Shown: positions 27,236 to 37,498, numbered from the stretch's first letter. The stretch is 64,000 nucleotides of DNA from Patescibacteria group bacterium (GCA_024654575.1 JANLHG010000020.1:55991-119990); one strand, 5' to 3'. The notes: generated by a model not told the origin, from the letters alone. Numbers and translations: made by a program.

Positions 27236-27289
27236 GCTTTTCTAATCGCTCCCCTTTCCTTTTTCGCGAATAGCCCGTTTAACGATGGG

Positions 27290-27583
27290 CTATTTCTTTT
27301 TTATATAACCGACAATAGCACCTATTAGTGAACCGATGAGGAACCAGATTACTAATTCGATAGAAAAAATTAGTAGAGATGAGAAAGAGTAAGATGATGG
27401 AAAAGATAATAAAATATTAATAATTGGTATTGATGGAATACTAAATAATAAACATTCTAAACCCCAAGAATCAGATGATGTAAATAAATATAAACATGAA
27501 GTACTTAAAATGTAAGAAACTATTAACACCCCACCCCCAATCACTCCTCCTTTTAACCAATATGGCATTTTTTTATTATTCAT
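27290..27583 (-). CDS. small membrane protein, paralog 2
   Basis: shares N- and C-terminal ~20 aa and 95-bp downstream repeat with paralog 1. Confidence 0.5.
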   Translation of the reverse strand: MNNKKMPYWLKGGVIGGGVLIVSYILSTSCLYLFTSSDSWGLECLLFSIPSIPIINILLSFPSSYSFSSLLIFSIELVIWFLIGSLIGAIVGYIKKK

Positions 27584-27596
27584 ATTTTTAAATTAA

Positions 27597-29255
27597 TTAC
27601 TCCCCTTTCATTTCCACATAAAATTGAGAACCTTTACCTTCGCCTGCCGATTCCGCCCAAATTTTACCTTTGTGTGAAGCCACGACTTCCTTTGCTACAT
27701 AAAGACCAAGGCCTGTGCCGTGAATATTTGTTTCGTTAGCTTTTTTATCACGAGTGAACTTTTGGAATAATTTAGGAATAGTTTTTTCTGCTATTCCGAT
27801 ACCTGTGTCTTTGATTGCAAAAATAATTTTACCAGCATTATTTTTCACAAGAGACACATCAACATTTCCCTGTGGAGTATATTTTATGGAATTATCAATT
27901 AAATTTCCAATGACCTGCTTAAACTTGTCAAGGTCAGCTTCAATTATGTATGTGTTATTGGAATCAGCCGTAAAATTGATGGCCAGACCTGACTTATCAA
28001 TCGTTGGTTTTAACTCAGCGAGAGTATCTTCAATCATTTTTTTCCAATCAATTTTCACGAAATTATATTTCATCGTTCCAAGTTCAATTCTAGAAATATC
28101 AAGATAATCATTAACCACGCTAGCTAATGTTTTTGAAGAATCTGATATTTTTTCAACCGCTTCTTTCACTTTTGGCGTCACTTCTCCCATGTCTCCTTCA
28201 AGAATTAGTGAAGCATAACCCCTCATTGCTGTCAGTGGACTTCTCAATTGATGTGTCGCAAAAGAAACGAACTCTGTCTTTTGTTTATCCAATTCCTTCA
28301 ACCGATCATTAGCTTTTTGTAAGTCTTCAGCCAATTTTTCAATCAACTCTCTTTGTCGCACCTCTTTTCTAACTGATTTGATAAGTAAAATTCCGAAAAA
28401 TATCGTTATGAGTAAAGTTACACTAACCACAATACGCATTACACTCAAATTATTTAAAAATAAAAGTGAACCTGTGAGCATCCAAAGCCCAGCGACAAGA
28501 ACATTCGCACCAATGAGTTTTATATTAAACGTTTTAAACCGAACTACACTATAAGCAAGAAAAGCAATAAATACAGGCATGGCGAATAACCCAATTTGAG
28601 CAAACCGCCAATCTTCAGTGAAGCTACTTATGATGTTACCAGATGAAAATGATAAAAGGAGAAATATGGTACCTGTAGTTAATACCAATATTTGGTGTTT
28701 AGTTTCTTTTATTTTTGTTTTTATAAATTCTTTTATAGAAAATACTATAATCCATAATGTAAGGAGAATTTCCGTACCGTAAGACAAGTAAATAATTATC
28801 GATGATTCTTCACTCAAACATGTAGCTATATTAAAAGATGAAAGACTAAATTTGGTTGGCACTAATATAATTATAGGAAGATAAATTAAACCAATTAGAA
28901 GTTTTTTGTTAAAAGATGTATCTTCCTTTTTAATCAAAACATACAATAAATATAACGCACTTATGTATACGATAGGTTCAAATAATATAACAACAGACCA
29001 AACAAACATAATCACATCACTCCTATTACTCGCCCAAAATATTGAATCAAGAAAAACCCAAGTTGAAAATGCAAGAGTTAAACATAAAATTATTCTATTA
29101 AGTAAACCTTTTTTGTTTTTAAAAAAAACAAAAAATCCAAGAATTAAAGAAATAATAACAACAGGAATATGAGAATAGTATACAAGTGGTGGAACATTTG
29201 ATGAAAATAATAAATATTTAGAACCTTCAAATGCACAAACTGCTGATGTTGTCAT
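27597..29255 (-). CDS. sensor histidine kinase with polytopic N-terminal membrane domain
   Basis: H-box FVSFATHQLRSPL; HATPase motifs DTGIGI...GTGLGL; 552 aa. Confidence 0.8.
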   Translation of the reverse strand: MTTSAVCAFEGSKYLLFSSNVPPLVYYSHIPVVIISLILGFFVFFKNKKGLLNRIILCLTLAFSTWVFLDSIFWASNRSDVIMFVWSVVILFEPIVYISALYLLYVLIKKEDTSFNKKLLIGLIYLPIIILVPTKFSLSSFNIATCLSEESSIIIYLSYGTEILLTLWIIVFSIKEFIKTKIKETKHQILVLTTGTIFLLLSFSSGNIISSFTEDWRFAQIGLFAMPVFIAFLAYSVVRFKTFNIKLIGANVLVAGLWMLTGSLLFLNNLSVMRIVVSVTLLITIFFGILLIKSVRKEVRQRELIEKLAEDLQKANDRLKELDKQKTEFVSFATHQLRSPLTAMRGYASLILEGDMGEVTPKVKEAVEKISDSSKTLASVVNDYLDISRIELGTMKYNFVKIDWKKMIEDTLAELKPTIDKSGLAINFTADSNNTYIIEADLDKFKQVIGNLIDNSIKYTPQGNVDVSLVKNNAGKIIFAIKDTGIGIAEKTIPKLFQKFTRDKKANETNIHGTGLGLYVAKEVVASHKGKIWAESAGEGKGSQFYVEMKGE

Positions 29256-29401
29256 AATTGTTTTATTATATCAAGTATTATTCTTTTCTCAAAATTAATT
29301 AAATAAGTTCAGATATATATGTGGTGTGCGCATACATAAATTTGACAAAAACTGGCTAAAATTGATTTTGTCAATCTTTTAAAATACTGAATTGCGTATT
29401 A

Positions 29402-30370
29402 TTAATTTAATTTCTTTATGTTTATTAATGCATCTTGTGGTTTATTACCATATCTATACTGTATATTTAATTCAATATAATCCCCCTTTTGTACTTCTAT
29501 TTTAGGATTAATGGCAATAAAGATTTCACTATTCAAAAATGTTGTATCGTCTTTTTTTATTACTTTTTCGCTAGGCATAATAACTTCACTATAAATCATT
29601 AAACTATTCAATAATCCACCACTTTCTATTAAAATAGGAATGGTTTTATTTATAAAAATATTTGACTTATTTGTAAAATCTATTTCATCATACTCATAAG
29701 GTGAAGACAAAATGCGGTGAGATATTTTTATATTTCTTTCTGGAGATGTTACAAAAAGTTCTTTATTATGTGGATTATTAGGAAAAGCAACTTGAGAGAA
29801 AGAAACGATTGAACGAATTTTTTTAGGTATACAAATTCCATTAGTATTTAGATATTTGATCAAATTATTCATTATTTGCACTTGATATTCAAAAAACATT
29901 CCAGTATATATATTTTCACTTACAATAACATCCACATTATTTGGTGGTATGAATGTAATTGCGTCATGTAGAAAAAATTCTACTGATGAATTAGGTATAA
30001 ATTTCTTTTTCTCTAAATGATTTTTAATCTCTTGTGCTAATTTAAAAACATCAGGATTTATTTCACATCCATACACTTTCGCACCCAATGAAGCTGCGTA
30101 AAAAGACAAAATTCCTGTGCCAATTCCAGCTTCCAAAACAACATTCCCTTTAGATACTTTTTTATATATTTCATCAATAAAAAAATTTGTTCTTTTTGTA
30201 TCATAAACACAATGAACAGCATCAAGAATATTTAATCCAAACCTTGAAATATTCGACTGATTAAATCTATCACTTTCAGAAATTAAAAAACTTTTTTCAA
30301 GTTCATCGATTAACCCATGTTTTCTACAAAACGTCATTATTTCTTGATAAATATCCATCTTTTGGTTCAT
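29402..30370 (-). CDS. PRMT-like (protein arginine methyltransferase fold) class I SAM-dependent methyltransferase
   Basis: VVLEAGIGTGILSFYAASLGAKVYGCEINP (motif I/post-I) and VDVIVSENIYTGMFFEYQVQIMNNLIKYLNTNGICIP aligning with PRMT1 VDIIISEWMGYCLFYESML...PDGLIFP double-E loop. Confidence 0.65.
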   Translation of the reverse strand: MNQKMDIYQEIMTFCRKHGLIDELEKSFLISESDRFNQSNISRFGLNILDAVHCVYDTKRTNFFIDEIYKKVSKGNVVLEAGIGTGILSFYAASLGAKVYGCEINPDVFKLAQEIKNHLEKKKFIPNSSVEFFLHDAITFIPPNNVDVIVSENIYTGMFFEYQVQIMNNLIKYLNTNGICIPKKIRSIVSFSQVAFPNNPHNKELFVTSPERNIKISHRILSSPYEYDEIDFTNKSNIFINKTIPILIESGGLLNSLMIYSEVIMPSEKVIKKDDTTFLNSEIFIAINPKIEVQKGDYIELNIQYRYGNKPQDALINIKKLN

Positions 30371-30460
30371 AATATATCTAATATAGCATGGATGAAATTA
30401 GATTCATTGATTTGGTGGTAATTTATATAAAATTATGAGATTATTATACCATACACTAGA

Positions 30461-30841
30461 ATGATTATGATTAAGACAAAACTTAGTAAGAGTAAGGTAC
30501 ATGGTATGGGTTTATATGCTGACCAATTTATACCAAAAGGAACTATTACTTGGATTTATTCTGATAAATATGATCAGTCATTTACAAAAAAAGATGTTGA
30601 AAAAATGGATGATATAACTAAGAAACAATTTTTCAAGTACGCTTATTGGGATAAAACTATAAAGAAATACGTTTTATGTTTTGATGATCAGAGATTTATT
30701 AATCATTCATCGAAGCCAAATATATTGTCAACTCAAAAAAAAGATGTTGCTAGCAGAGACATAAAAAAAGGAGAAGAACTTCTTTGTGATTATACAAAAT
30801 TTGATGAGAATTATTTTGATAATATAGGTTTTAAACATTAA
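30461..30841 (+). CDS. minimal SET-domain protein (putative protein lysine methyltransferase)
   Basis: GMGLYADQFIPKG, RFINHSSKPNI, GEELLCDY match SET signatures; 126 aa. Confidence 0.75.
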   Translation: MIMIKTKLSKSKVHGMGLYADQFIPKGTITWIYSDKYDQSFTKKDVEKMDDITKKQFFKYAYWDKTIKKYVLCFDDQRFINHSSKPNILSTQKKDVASRDIKKGEELLCDYTKFDENYFDNIGFKH

Positions 30842-30856
30842 CATAATCAAAAAACC

Positions 30857-31267
30857 ATGCTAAAAGTTAAAACAAAATTACAGATGAGTCATATTCATGG
30901 AATCGGGCTTTTTGCTGACCAATTTATACCAAAAGGAACAATCACATGGGAATATGATCCTCATTTTGACATAAGTTACACTGAACAAGAATTAAAAAAA
31001 TTACCAAAATGGACTAAAGAGCAATTTTTGAAATATTCTTATTTTGATGAAAAAATTAAAAAATATATTTTATGTGCAGATGATCAAAGATTTATTAATC
31101 ACTCTATAGACCCTAATATATTATCTACACCTAATTTTGATAAAGCGGGAAAAGACATTCAACCTGGAGAAGAACTAGTCTGCAATTATAAAGACTACGA
31201 ATCAGATTGGTTTGAACGCCGAGGAATAGATGAAAAAGATTTTACCTATATTGTAAAAGGAAAATAA
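30857..31267 (+). CDS. minimal SET-domain protein, tandem paralog
   Basis: GIGLFADQFIPKG, RFINHSIDPNI, GEELVCNY; 136 aa. Confidence 0.75.
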   Translation: MLKVKTKLQMSHIHGIGLFADQFIPKGTITWEYDPHFDISYTEQELKKLPKWTKEQFLKYSYFDEKIKKYILCADDQRFINHSIDPNILSTPNFDKAGKDIQPGEELVCNYKDYESDWFERRGIDEKDFTYIVKGK

Positions 31268-31299
31268 AAAATCCTCACAGTGCCTAAGCCCCATAAGGA

Positions 31300-31899
31300 T
31301 TATCGTTTTTGTTTTCGAAAAAGTAAAAATGTTATGTAACCATTTAGTGTGACAATATATACTTGGTACACACTTTCACTAAATGCCCACTCACTAATCG
31401 CAAATATGTTTATAATAGATGCAATAGTTGCTAACATCCACCCCCACCTACCTTCACTTTCAGGTCTTAATATTGATTTAATAACAGTTGGATATAATCC
31501 AACAAAATCACTAAGAAGATTGATTATGAGAATAACAAGCGTTGCTACACCAATCTTTAGATATATAAGTATCCCCCAAAGAATGATACTCGTTATGCTA
31601 ATTTTGAAACACAAGATATCGGTTTCAAAACTTTTTCTGTCACTTTTCTCTCCATATTTTATAGAGAATAAAGCGATGATTAAGGGGTTAATAACATAAG
31701 TTATTGGAATCCAGATTGTGTCTTTATTTTCGGATTTCATTTCCGTAAAATAACTCACCAAAATCATTCCACCAACAAATGTCATAATCCACCATGTTAC
31801 TTTGTTAGGTTTTGTATTACCTTTGAAAATACTGACTACATAAATAATAACGGAGAGAAATGAAATAATCCCCGCTATTTTACCAGCGTATTCGTTCAC
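31300..31899 (-). CDS. hypothetical polytopic membrane protein
   Basis: ORF 199 aa, multiple TM segments. Confidence 0.4.
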   Translation of the reverse strand: MNEYAGKIAGIISFLSVIIYVVSIFKGNTKPNKVTWWIMTFVGGMILVSYFTEMKSENKDTIWIPITYVINPLIIALFSIKYGEKSDRKSFETDILCFKISITSIILWGILIYLKIGVATLVILIINLLSDFVGLYPTVIKSILRPESEGRWGWMLATIASIINIFAISEWAFSESVYQVYIVTLNGYITFLLFRKQKR

Positions 31900-32079
31900 T
31901 TATTCCTCCTTGTTAAAGTTCAATTCGACTTGAATTATATCATATTTGACTTTCAGAGTCAATAATCGGGTAATCATGCACTATCATTGTCCTATAAAAT
32001 GTAAATACTATCGATAGACCAATGAGTACAAAAACTGTAATTATTAATATTTTTGATTTTTTGTCCATATATTTTTTAT

Positions 32080-32478
32080 TTAATAAATATTCTCTTTTGG
32101 ATATTTTATGCCCCTTTTAATAAAATTACTTTCAATATCTTTTAAATCGAAAGCTTTTTTAAAATAATTTTCTACAAAATTTAAATCCATACCATTTTTG
32201 CAAGTGTACACATCCGCACTAACAAATCCTCTTTTGGGAAAAGTGTGAATACTAATATGACTTTCATTAATGACTACAAAACCGCTCCATCCTCCTGGGT
32301 CTTTGGAATCGTTTCCATCGGCGTGATAAACAACCGGCTCGGATAATTTAGACATAGATAATAATTCTGGAAGTTCATTTAAAACACTAAAAACCAATTT
32401 TTTATCATTTAATTTATTTTCATTTCCTCCATATCCGTCAATCGTTATATGTTCCCCAAAATGCGAATCTTGATTCAT
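32080..32478 (-). CDS. speH: S-adenosylmethionine decarboxylase proenzyme (class 1b)
   Basis: ESHISIHTFPKRGFVSADVYTC matches the self-processing site region of AdoMetDC. Confidence 0.7.
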   Translation of the reverse strand: MNQDSHFGEHITIDGYGGNENKLNDKKLVFSVLNELPELLSMSKLSEPVVYHADGNDSKDPGGWSGFVVINESHISIHTFPKRGFVSADVYTCKNGMDLNFVENYFKKAFDLKDIESNFIKRGIKYPKENIY

Positions 32479-32570
32479 AAATAAATTATATCACATAATT
32501 CACCCCTACTATAAATTCAAAAATGTAATCGTGAGTTGTAAAACTGTAGCATGAGATTATGTTATCAAAT

Positions 32571-33974
32571 TTATTTAACAACCTTTTTGCACTTATATAT
32601 TGCGACTTGGTTCAAGAGTGTGTCTGGCGAAGTTCTGTCAAAAGATTTATATAATACACAAGAAGATTCGAAAATTTTCCGATCGAAATATCCCTCGAAG
32701 CCCGTGTCTGTGATATTTTGTTTTGGATAATTTGCTATTCGCGCCACAAAATATACTCCATGCTCGACTGCGTCTTGTGACATCACGCCTAGGTCTTGCG
32801 CTCCGGAGGCAAAGCTTTGCGTATTTGTGTCTATGGCGTTATCGAATATTTCCTTGCCAGAGATGAGAGCTACCAGAGGGGCGACTTCTGTCGAGCCATA
32901 TATCGGCAAATCTTCTTTGGCATTTTTTAATACTTCTGCGATCTCCTGCGGGTTATCCAAGACACCTTGTGGTGCAAAAGTATTTGCATATATCGTAATG
33001 GAATAAATAGCGACAAAAATATAAAACAAGCTAAACGTCCAAGCGAACTCTTCTTGTCTAGTATGCAGATATGTAAAAAGTCCTACTGTCAATATTACAA
33101 TAAACGGCATCAAGAGGTGCAGATACATATAATACAAGTCAGTATATATCAAGAAAAAAACAGCAGAGAAAATGAGCGGATAAACGTAAAGTTTTTTTCT
33201 AGCGATAAATATTCCAGCAATACTAGCTACTACCAAGAGCCATTCAAATTTAAAAAAGACGCTGGCGATCTTCCACTTGTCTATTCCGTATGGGCGATGC
33301 AAGTGATGAACGATCAAGTTTTGGAAAGTCTGGTGCGGGGCAATTATGAAAAACGGCGCGAGGACGATGAAAGTGGCAACCAGTCCGCCCAAGATAATTT
33401 TCTTGATTGCTAAAAATTCTTTAGAAATTATTTTGTAAAATAAAAATCCAAGCAAGGCTGGTCCAGCATAGAGCTTGGAGAGGCAGGCGAGAGCCCAAGA
33501 CACGCCAGAATAAAAATGTTTTTCTCTTTGGTCTAAATAAATGGCGAGCAAGAGGAAAAAGATCATCATTTCTGCGCCGGTCATATAGTCTGAAGTGGCG
33601 AGCACTGTAAAAGAGAATAGGTAAAATATCGGGCCGAGGTATGCAAAGACGTTTGTCTTGCGGAGCAGTAGAAAGATGAGCACTGCCGACGCACTGTCAA
33701 AGACTATCGGCAAAGCCTTGAAAAGTATGATGTGCGAGCCAAACAAGCCTTTGAACAGGGCAAGTAGATATATGAAAAACGGTGGATCAGCAAAGAAAAA
33801 GTCTCTGTATGGCACGAGTCCGCGCCAAATGGCGTCTGACATATAGAAATATATATTCTCGTCACCGAATCTAAAATGAAGTGAGGAAAGTTTCCATAAC
33901 GCAAACACTGCGATGGTCACTGTCACTATCCATATATCTCTCTTCAGGTTTGCTATTTCCTCTTTTTTGTCCAT
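32571..33974 (-). CDS. GT-C fold membrane glycosyltransferase (family 39/83, ArnT/PMT-like)
   Basis: 467 aa, >10 TM segments, N-terminal DxD-like loop; family-level call only. Confidence 0.45.
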   Translation of the reverse strand: MDKKEEIANLKRDIWIVTVTIAVFALWKLSSLHFRFGDENIYFYMSDAIWRGLVPYRDFFFADPPFFIYLLALFKGLFGSHIILFKALPIVFDSASAVLIFLLLRKTNVFAYLGPIFYLFSFTVLATSDYMTGAEMMIFFLLLAIYLDQREKHFYSGVSWALACLSKLYAGPALLGFLFYKIISKEFLAIKKIILGGLVATFIVLAPFFIIAPHQTFQNLIVHHLHRPYGIDKWKIASVFFKFEWLLVVASIAGIFIARKKLYVYPLIFSAVFFLIYTDLYYMYLHLLMPFIVILTVGLFTYLHTRQEEFAWTFSLFYIFVAIYSITIYANTFAPQGVLDNPQEIAEVLKNAKEDLPIYGSTEVAPLVALISGKEIFDNAIDTNTQSFASGAQDLGVMSQDAVEHGVYFVARIANYPKQNITDTGFEGYFDRKIFESSCVLYKSFDRTSPDTLLNQVAIYKCKKVVK

Positions 33975-34079
33975 ATAGATATTATATTAATAAACACAGA
34001 GTATAAGCAAATGCTTATCAGCTATTGACTTTTATGTTTGGTTATGGTAAGATGGATATCAAGAAAGGAGGTGGGTTAA

Positions 34080-34172
34080 ATGAATAGTACCCCAAAAGAA
34101 TGGGCGATTGACATTATCGGAGCTATAGCGTTTGTGATCCTCGTTTGGATTGCGCTAAAAATACCTTGGTAG
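34080..34172 (+). CDS. 30-aa membrane peptide with strong SD (AAAGGAGGTG)
   Basis: MNSTPKEWAIDIIGAIAFVILVWIALKIPW; followed by intrinsic terminator. Confidence 0.4.
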   Translation: MNSTPKEWAIDIIGAIAFVILVWIALKIPW

Positions 34173-34190
34173 CTTGGTAGTCCGCCAACA

Positions 34191-34228
34191 GCCCGCGTCG
34201 CCATCGAAAGGTGGCACGCGGGCTTTTT
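34191..34228 (+). terminator. intrinsic terminator GCCCGCG...CGCGGGC + TTTTT
   Basis: GC-rich hairpin then T-run. Confidence 0.6.
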
Positions 34229-34365
34229 ATTTGGTTCATATCTACTTCCATTTTAACGGTATCTTTAACATCCTGACAAACTCCAGTATGTGGGGATACT
34301 ATAATGGTATCTGAGGGGGTTATTTATTTCTCGAATTTTAGAAAATGGTGGCTGACCATATTTTC

Positions 34366-34761
34366 TCAAAGAGATGTATTACGAGTAAATTGTTTTTGAA
34401 ATGAATAATCACCTAAAACACCTAATCTAAAAGTTGTGATACAACTATATATCCATGGCCCGTCATTTGTCTTACCCCCAGAGCAATTATGACTATAATT
34501 AACCGCCAACAAAATCTGTACTAATAAACCAATAACCATAATCGAAGTAAGTATCGTAATAATCTTTGTCATTCCTATCATTTTTTCTGTTTGCTTAGAA
34601 GATTGCTTATTGAAAGTCTCGATTGTTTTCTCTAATTTATTTACTGAACGTTTTATTAACTCATTTGATTCAAGAACTCCATACCTAGGATCATGTTCTT
34701 TTACTCCCATTTTTAATTGTTCGTCTTCTATTTCTTCTAATTTTTGTGAAAAATTACTCAT
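34366..34761 (-). CDS. hypothetical protein with TM segment
   Basis: ORF 131 aa. Confidence 0.35.
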   Translation of the reverse strand: MSNFSQKLEEIEDEQLKMGVKEHDPRYGVLESNELIKRSVNKLEKTIETFNKQSSKQTEKMIGMTKIITILTSIMVIGLLVQILLAVNYSHNCSGGKTNDGPWIYSCITTFRLGVLGDYSFQKQFTRNTSL

Positions 34762-34833
34762 ATATTTATTATTTCCACAATACTACTTTAGTTTTAAAAA
34801 GCAATTTATTTAATCAAAAGTACATAATATTTT

Positions 34834-35610
34834 TTATTTATTGTAATTTTGTATTCGTTTGTTTGCTAAATCCACATATTTTTTTTCTTTTTCGATTCCA
34901 ATCCAGTTTCTCTCAAGTGCCTTTGCGACAACAGCTGTCGTGCCACTTCCTAAAAATGGGTCAAGAATTAAATCACCTTTTTTACTAGAAGTTAAAATTA
35001 CTTGTTGAATAAGTTTTAATGGTTTTTGTGTGGGATGTGATTTTATTCCATTTTCATCTCGTAATCGTTCCTTACCTTTACATAAACCAAACACCCAGTC
35101 AGTATCTTTCATTTGTTTTCCACCGTTTATTTTTTTTAAGAAATCATTATTAAAAGTGTAATTTTTACAATTTTTATTTTTTACAGCCCAAATTAAAATT
35201 TCGTGATTATTTGTAAATCTTCTACCATTAAAATTTGGCATAGCATCAGTTTTGACCCAAATCACATCATTTAAAAACCATAACCCTAAGTCTTGCATAA
35301 TTTTACCAACTCGAAAAACATTATGGTACATACCCATTACCCAAATCGTTCCAGTTGGTTTCAATATTCTTTGACATTCTTTAATCCAATTACCTGTAAA
35401 AGTATCGTAATCTTCATAGCTTTCAAATTTATCCCATTCATCATTTACAGGAATTACTTCCGTTCCGTTTTCTCGTATAAGTTTTCTATTTTTCGGCAAT
35501 TGTAAATTATATGGTGGATCAGCAAAAATTAAATCAAAACTATTATCAGGAAATGTTTTTAATACCTCTAAACAATCACCATAAATTATGGTATTAACTA
35601 TTTTTTTCAT
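34834..35610 (-). CDS. beta-class DNA methyltransferase (N6-adenine or N4-cytosine)
   Basis: FADPPYN (motif IV) before SHPTQKP and LDPFLGSGTTAVVA (motif I): circularly permuted beta order. Confidence 0.8.
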   Translation of the reverse strand: MKKIVNTIIYGDCLEVLKTFPDNSFDLIFADPPYNLQLPKNRKLIRENGTEVIPVNDEWDKFESYEDYDTFTGNWIKECQRILKPTGTIWVMGMYHNVFRVGKIMQDLGLWFLNDVIWVKTDAMPNFNGRRFTNNHEILIWAVKNKNCKNYTFNNDFLKKINGGKQMKDTDWVFGLCKGKERLRDENGIKSHPTQKPLKLIQQVILTSSKKGDLILDPFLGSGTTAVVAKALERNWIGIEKEKKYVDLANKRIQNYNK

Positions 35611-35630
35611 AAAAATACAATAAAACCAAA

Positions 35631-36425
35631 CTATTCATCATATCTAATTTTTTTATATAGATTATCAAATATCTCAATTATTTCTTTATCTTCACTAACT
35701 TCTTTTAAGTAACCATCTAAATCTTCATATCTTATTGAAAAAAATTTATTAAATAAATCTGATCCACGACTTATATAATTCTTTTCTGGAACATAAATAT
35801 TACCTTTCATTCTTTTATAATTAAAGTAATATAGAATTGGTTTTAGATCATTAATATCATTTATTTTTAACTCTTTTACAAGACCTGCATAAGTCTTTAT
35901 GAATTTTCTATTAATATCTACAAACTTCCCTGTATCATGGTCATCATTATATTTAATTTCTAAATAATAATATTTTTTATCTTTTTTATCTTTAAATAAA
36001 CAATCTATATCATGTTTGTTTTCGATAAGATGTACTTTCTGTTTTTGTTCTCGGATAATATCATTTAAAAGTTTTTCAAATTTTTCTGTCAATTTATCAT
36101 CAGTATTATTTTGGCTATTTGATATAAACTTATCTATTATACTATCAGTATTTTCTGTTAAAGATAATTTAATATTCTTTTTACCAGAAAGATGTGGAAT
36201 TATTTCTAGATTTTTTTCTGACTCAACGATTTTATGTATTAATACTTCTATAAAATTACCAAATTGAATATTTAAAGATTGTAATAATCCACCAAAAACA
36301 CGATATTTAACGGGAACAAAATGTAACTTAACTTCGTGTTTTTTTGTTATTAAACCTATTTTATTTTTATTTGACGTATTATTTAGAAGTTCAATAACAG
36401 CGTCCTTTATTAATTTTTTAATCAT
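35631..36425 (-). CDS. putative Type II restriction endonuclease (no recognisable motif; positional inference)
   Basis: 264-aa ORF sandwiched between, and overlapping by 4 nt with, two MTase genes. Confidence 0.4.
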   Translation of the reverse strand: MIKKLIKDAVIELLNNTSNKNKIGLITKKHEVKLHFVPVKYRVFGGLLQSLNIQFGNFIEVLIHKIVESEKNLEIIPHLSGKKNIKLSLTENTDSIIDKFISNSQNNTDDKLTEKFEKLLNDIIREQKQKVHLIENKHDIDCLFKDKKDKKYYYLEIKYNDDHDTGKFVDINRKFIKTYAGLVKELKINDINDLKPILYYFNYKRMKGNIYVPEKNYISRGSDLFNKFFSIRYEDLDGYLKEVSEDKEIIEIFDNLYKKIRYDE

Positions 36426-37498
36426 ATTTTTAAATAAGTGTTTATATAATCCTGTCTTAAATCGTTGATCAGTACAAGTTGTCCTCTACGTTTAATATAC
36501 CAAAATGTCCAACCGTTATTTGTTTCTTTATTTAATAATCTAGCACTAACTTTATGAATTGATCCAATTTCCTCATTTGATGATAAGGTCGAATCTGCTA
36601 ATACTACCGCCTTTTTATCTCCATTCTTTAAATAAAGATTTTCACCAACATTAATTAAACCAGACTCAACTAAATTACCAAATGGAACTTTGGGATTTCT
36701 TGACTCAATCGGATATAGTAGTAGTTTTTCATCAATTAATTTAACTTTTTTTATTCTATCATTTGCTACTTTTATATAAAAATTCTCTTTTTCTATCCCT
36801 ATAAAATTTCTTCTCATTTTTTTTGCTACAGCTCCAGTTGTGCCACTTCCCATAAAAGGATCTAAAATTATATCTCCAATATTTGAAGTTGATAATATTA
36901 TTCTATAAAGTAAAGCTTCCGGTTTTTGAGTTGAATGAGCTTTATTTCCATTTACTTTTATTCTTTCTCCTCCACTACATATAGGTATGTACCAATCACT
37001 TCTCATTTGTTTATCATCGTTGAATGCTTTCATAGATCTATAGTGAAAAGTTGATTTAGACTTATCACTTTTTGATGCCAGAATCAACGTCTCTTGTGCA
37101 TTGTTAAATCTCGTACCTTTAAAATTAGGCATTGGATTAGTTTTAATCCAAATAATGTCATTCAATATCCAAAAACCAATGTCTTGCATAATTTTACCAA
37201 CTCGAAAAATATTATGATAACTACCAATAACCCAAATTGAACCATCTTTTTTTAAAACTCTTTTACATTCTAGTAACCAACTATAAGTAAACTTATCGTA
37301 GTCATCGAAAGAAGGAAATTTATCCCACTTATCATTTACTGCACTTACTTTAGTTTGATTGGGTCTATAAAGATCACCTTTTAGTTGTAAATTATATGGT
37401 GGATCAGCAAAAATAAGATCTACAGAATTTTCTGGTAATTTTTTAAGAGTTTCTATACAATCACCTTTTATTATTGTATTTAAATATTTCTTATCCAT
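36422..37498 (-). CDS. beta-class DNA methyltransferase with C-terminal extension
   Basis: FADPPYN, STQKP, LDPFMGSGTTGAVA; ~120-aa C-terminal extra domain. Confidence 0.8.
   Translation of the reverse strand: MDKKYLNTIIKGDCIETLKKLPENSVDLIFADPPYNLQLKGDLYRPNQTKVSAVNDKWDKFPSFDDYDKFTYSWLLECKRVLKKDGSIWVIGSYHNIFRVGKIMQDIGFWILNDIIWIKTNPMPNFKGTRFNNAQETLILASKSDKSKSTFHYRSMKAFNDDKQMRSDWYIPICSGGERIKVNGNKAHSTQKPEALLYRIILSTSNIGDIILDPFMGSGTTGAVAKKMRRNFIGIEKENFYIKVANDRIKKVKLIDEKLLLYPIESRNPKVPFGNLVESGLINVGENLYLKNGDKKAVVLADSTLSSNEEIGSIHKVSARLLNKETNNGWTFWYIKRRGQLVLINDLRQDYINTYLKI

Noticed and set aside
29330-29366. TTGACAAAA-N17-TTTTGTCAA inverted repeat upstream of the histidine kinase
   Set aside because: Could be an operator, but it is AT-rich, which makes chance palindromes likely in this genome; evidence is too weak to list as a feature.
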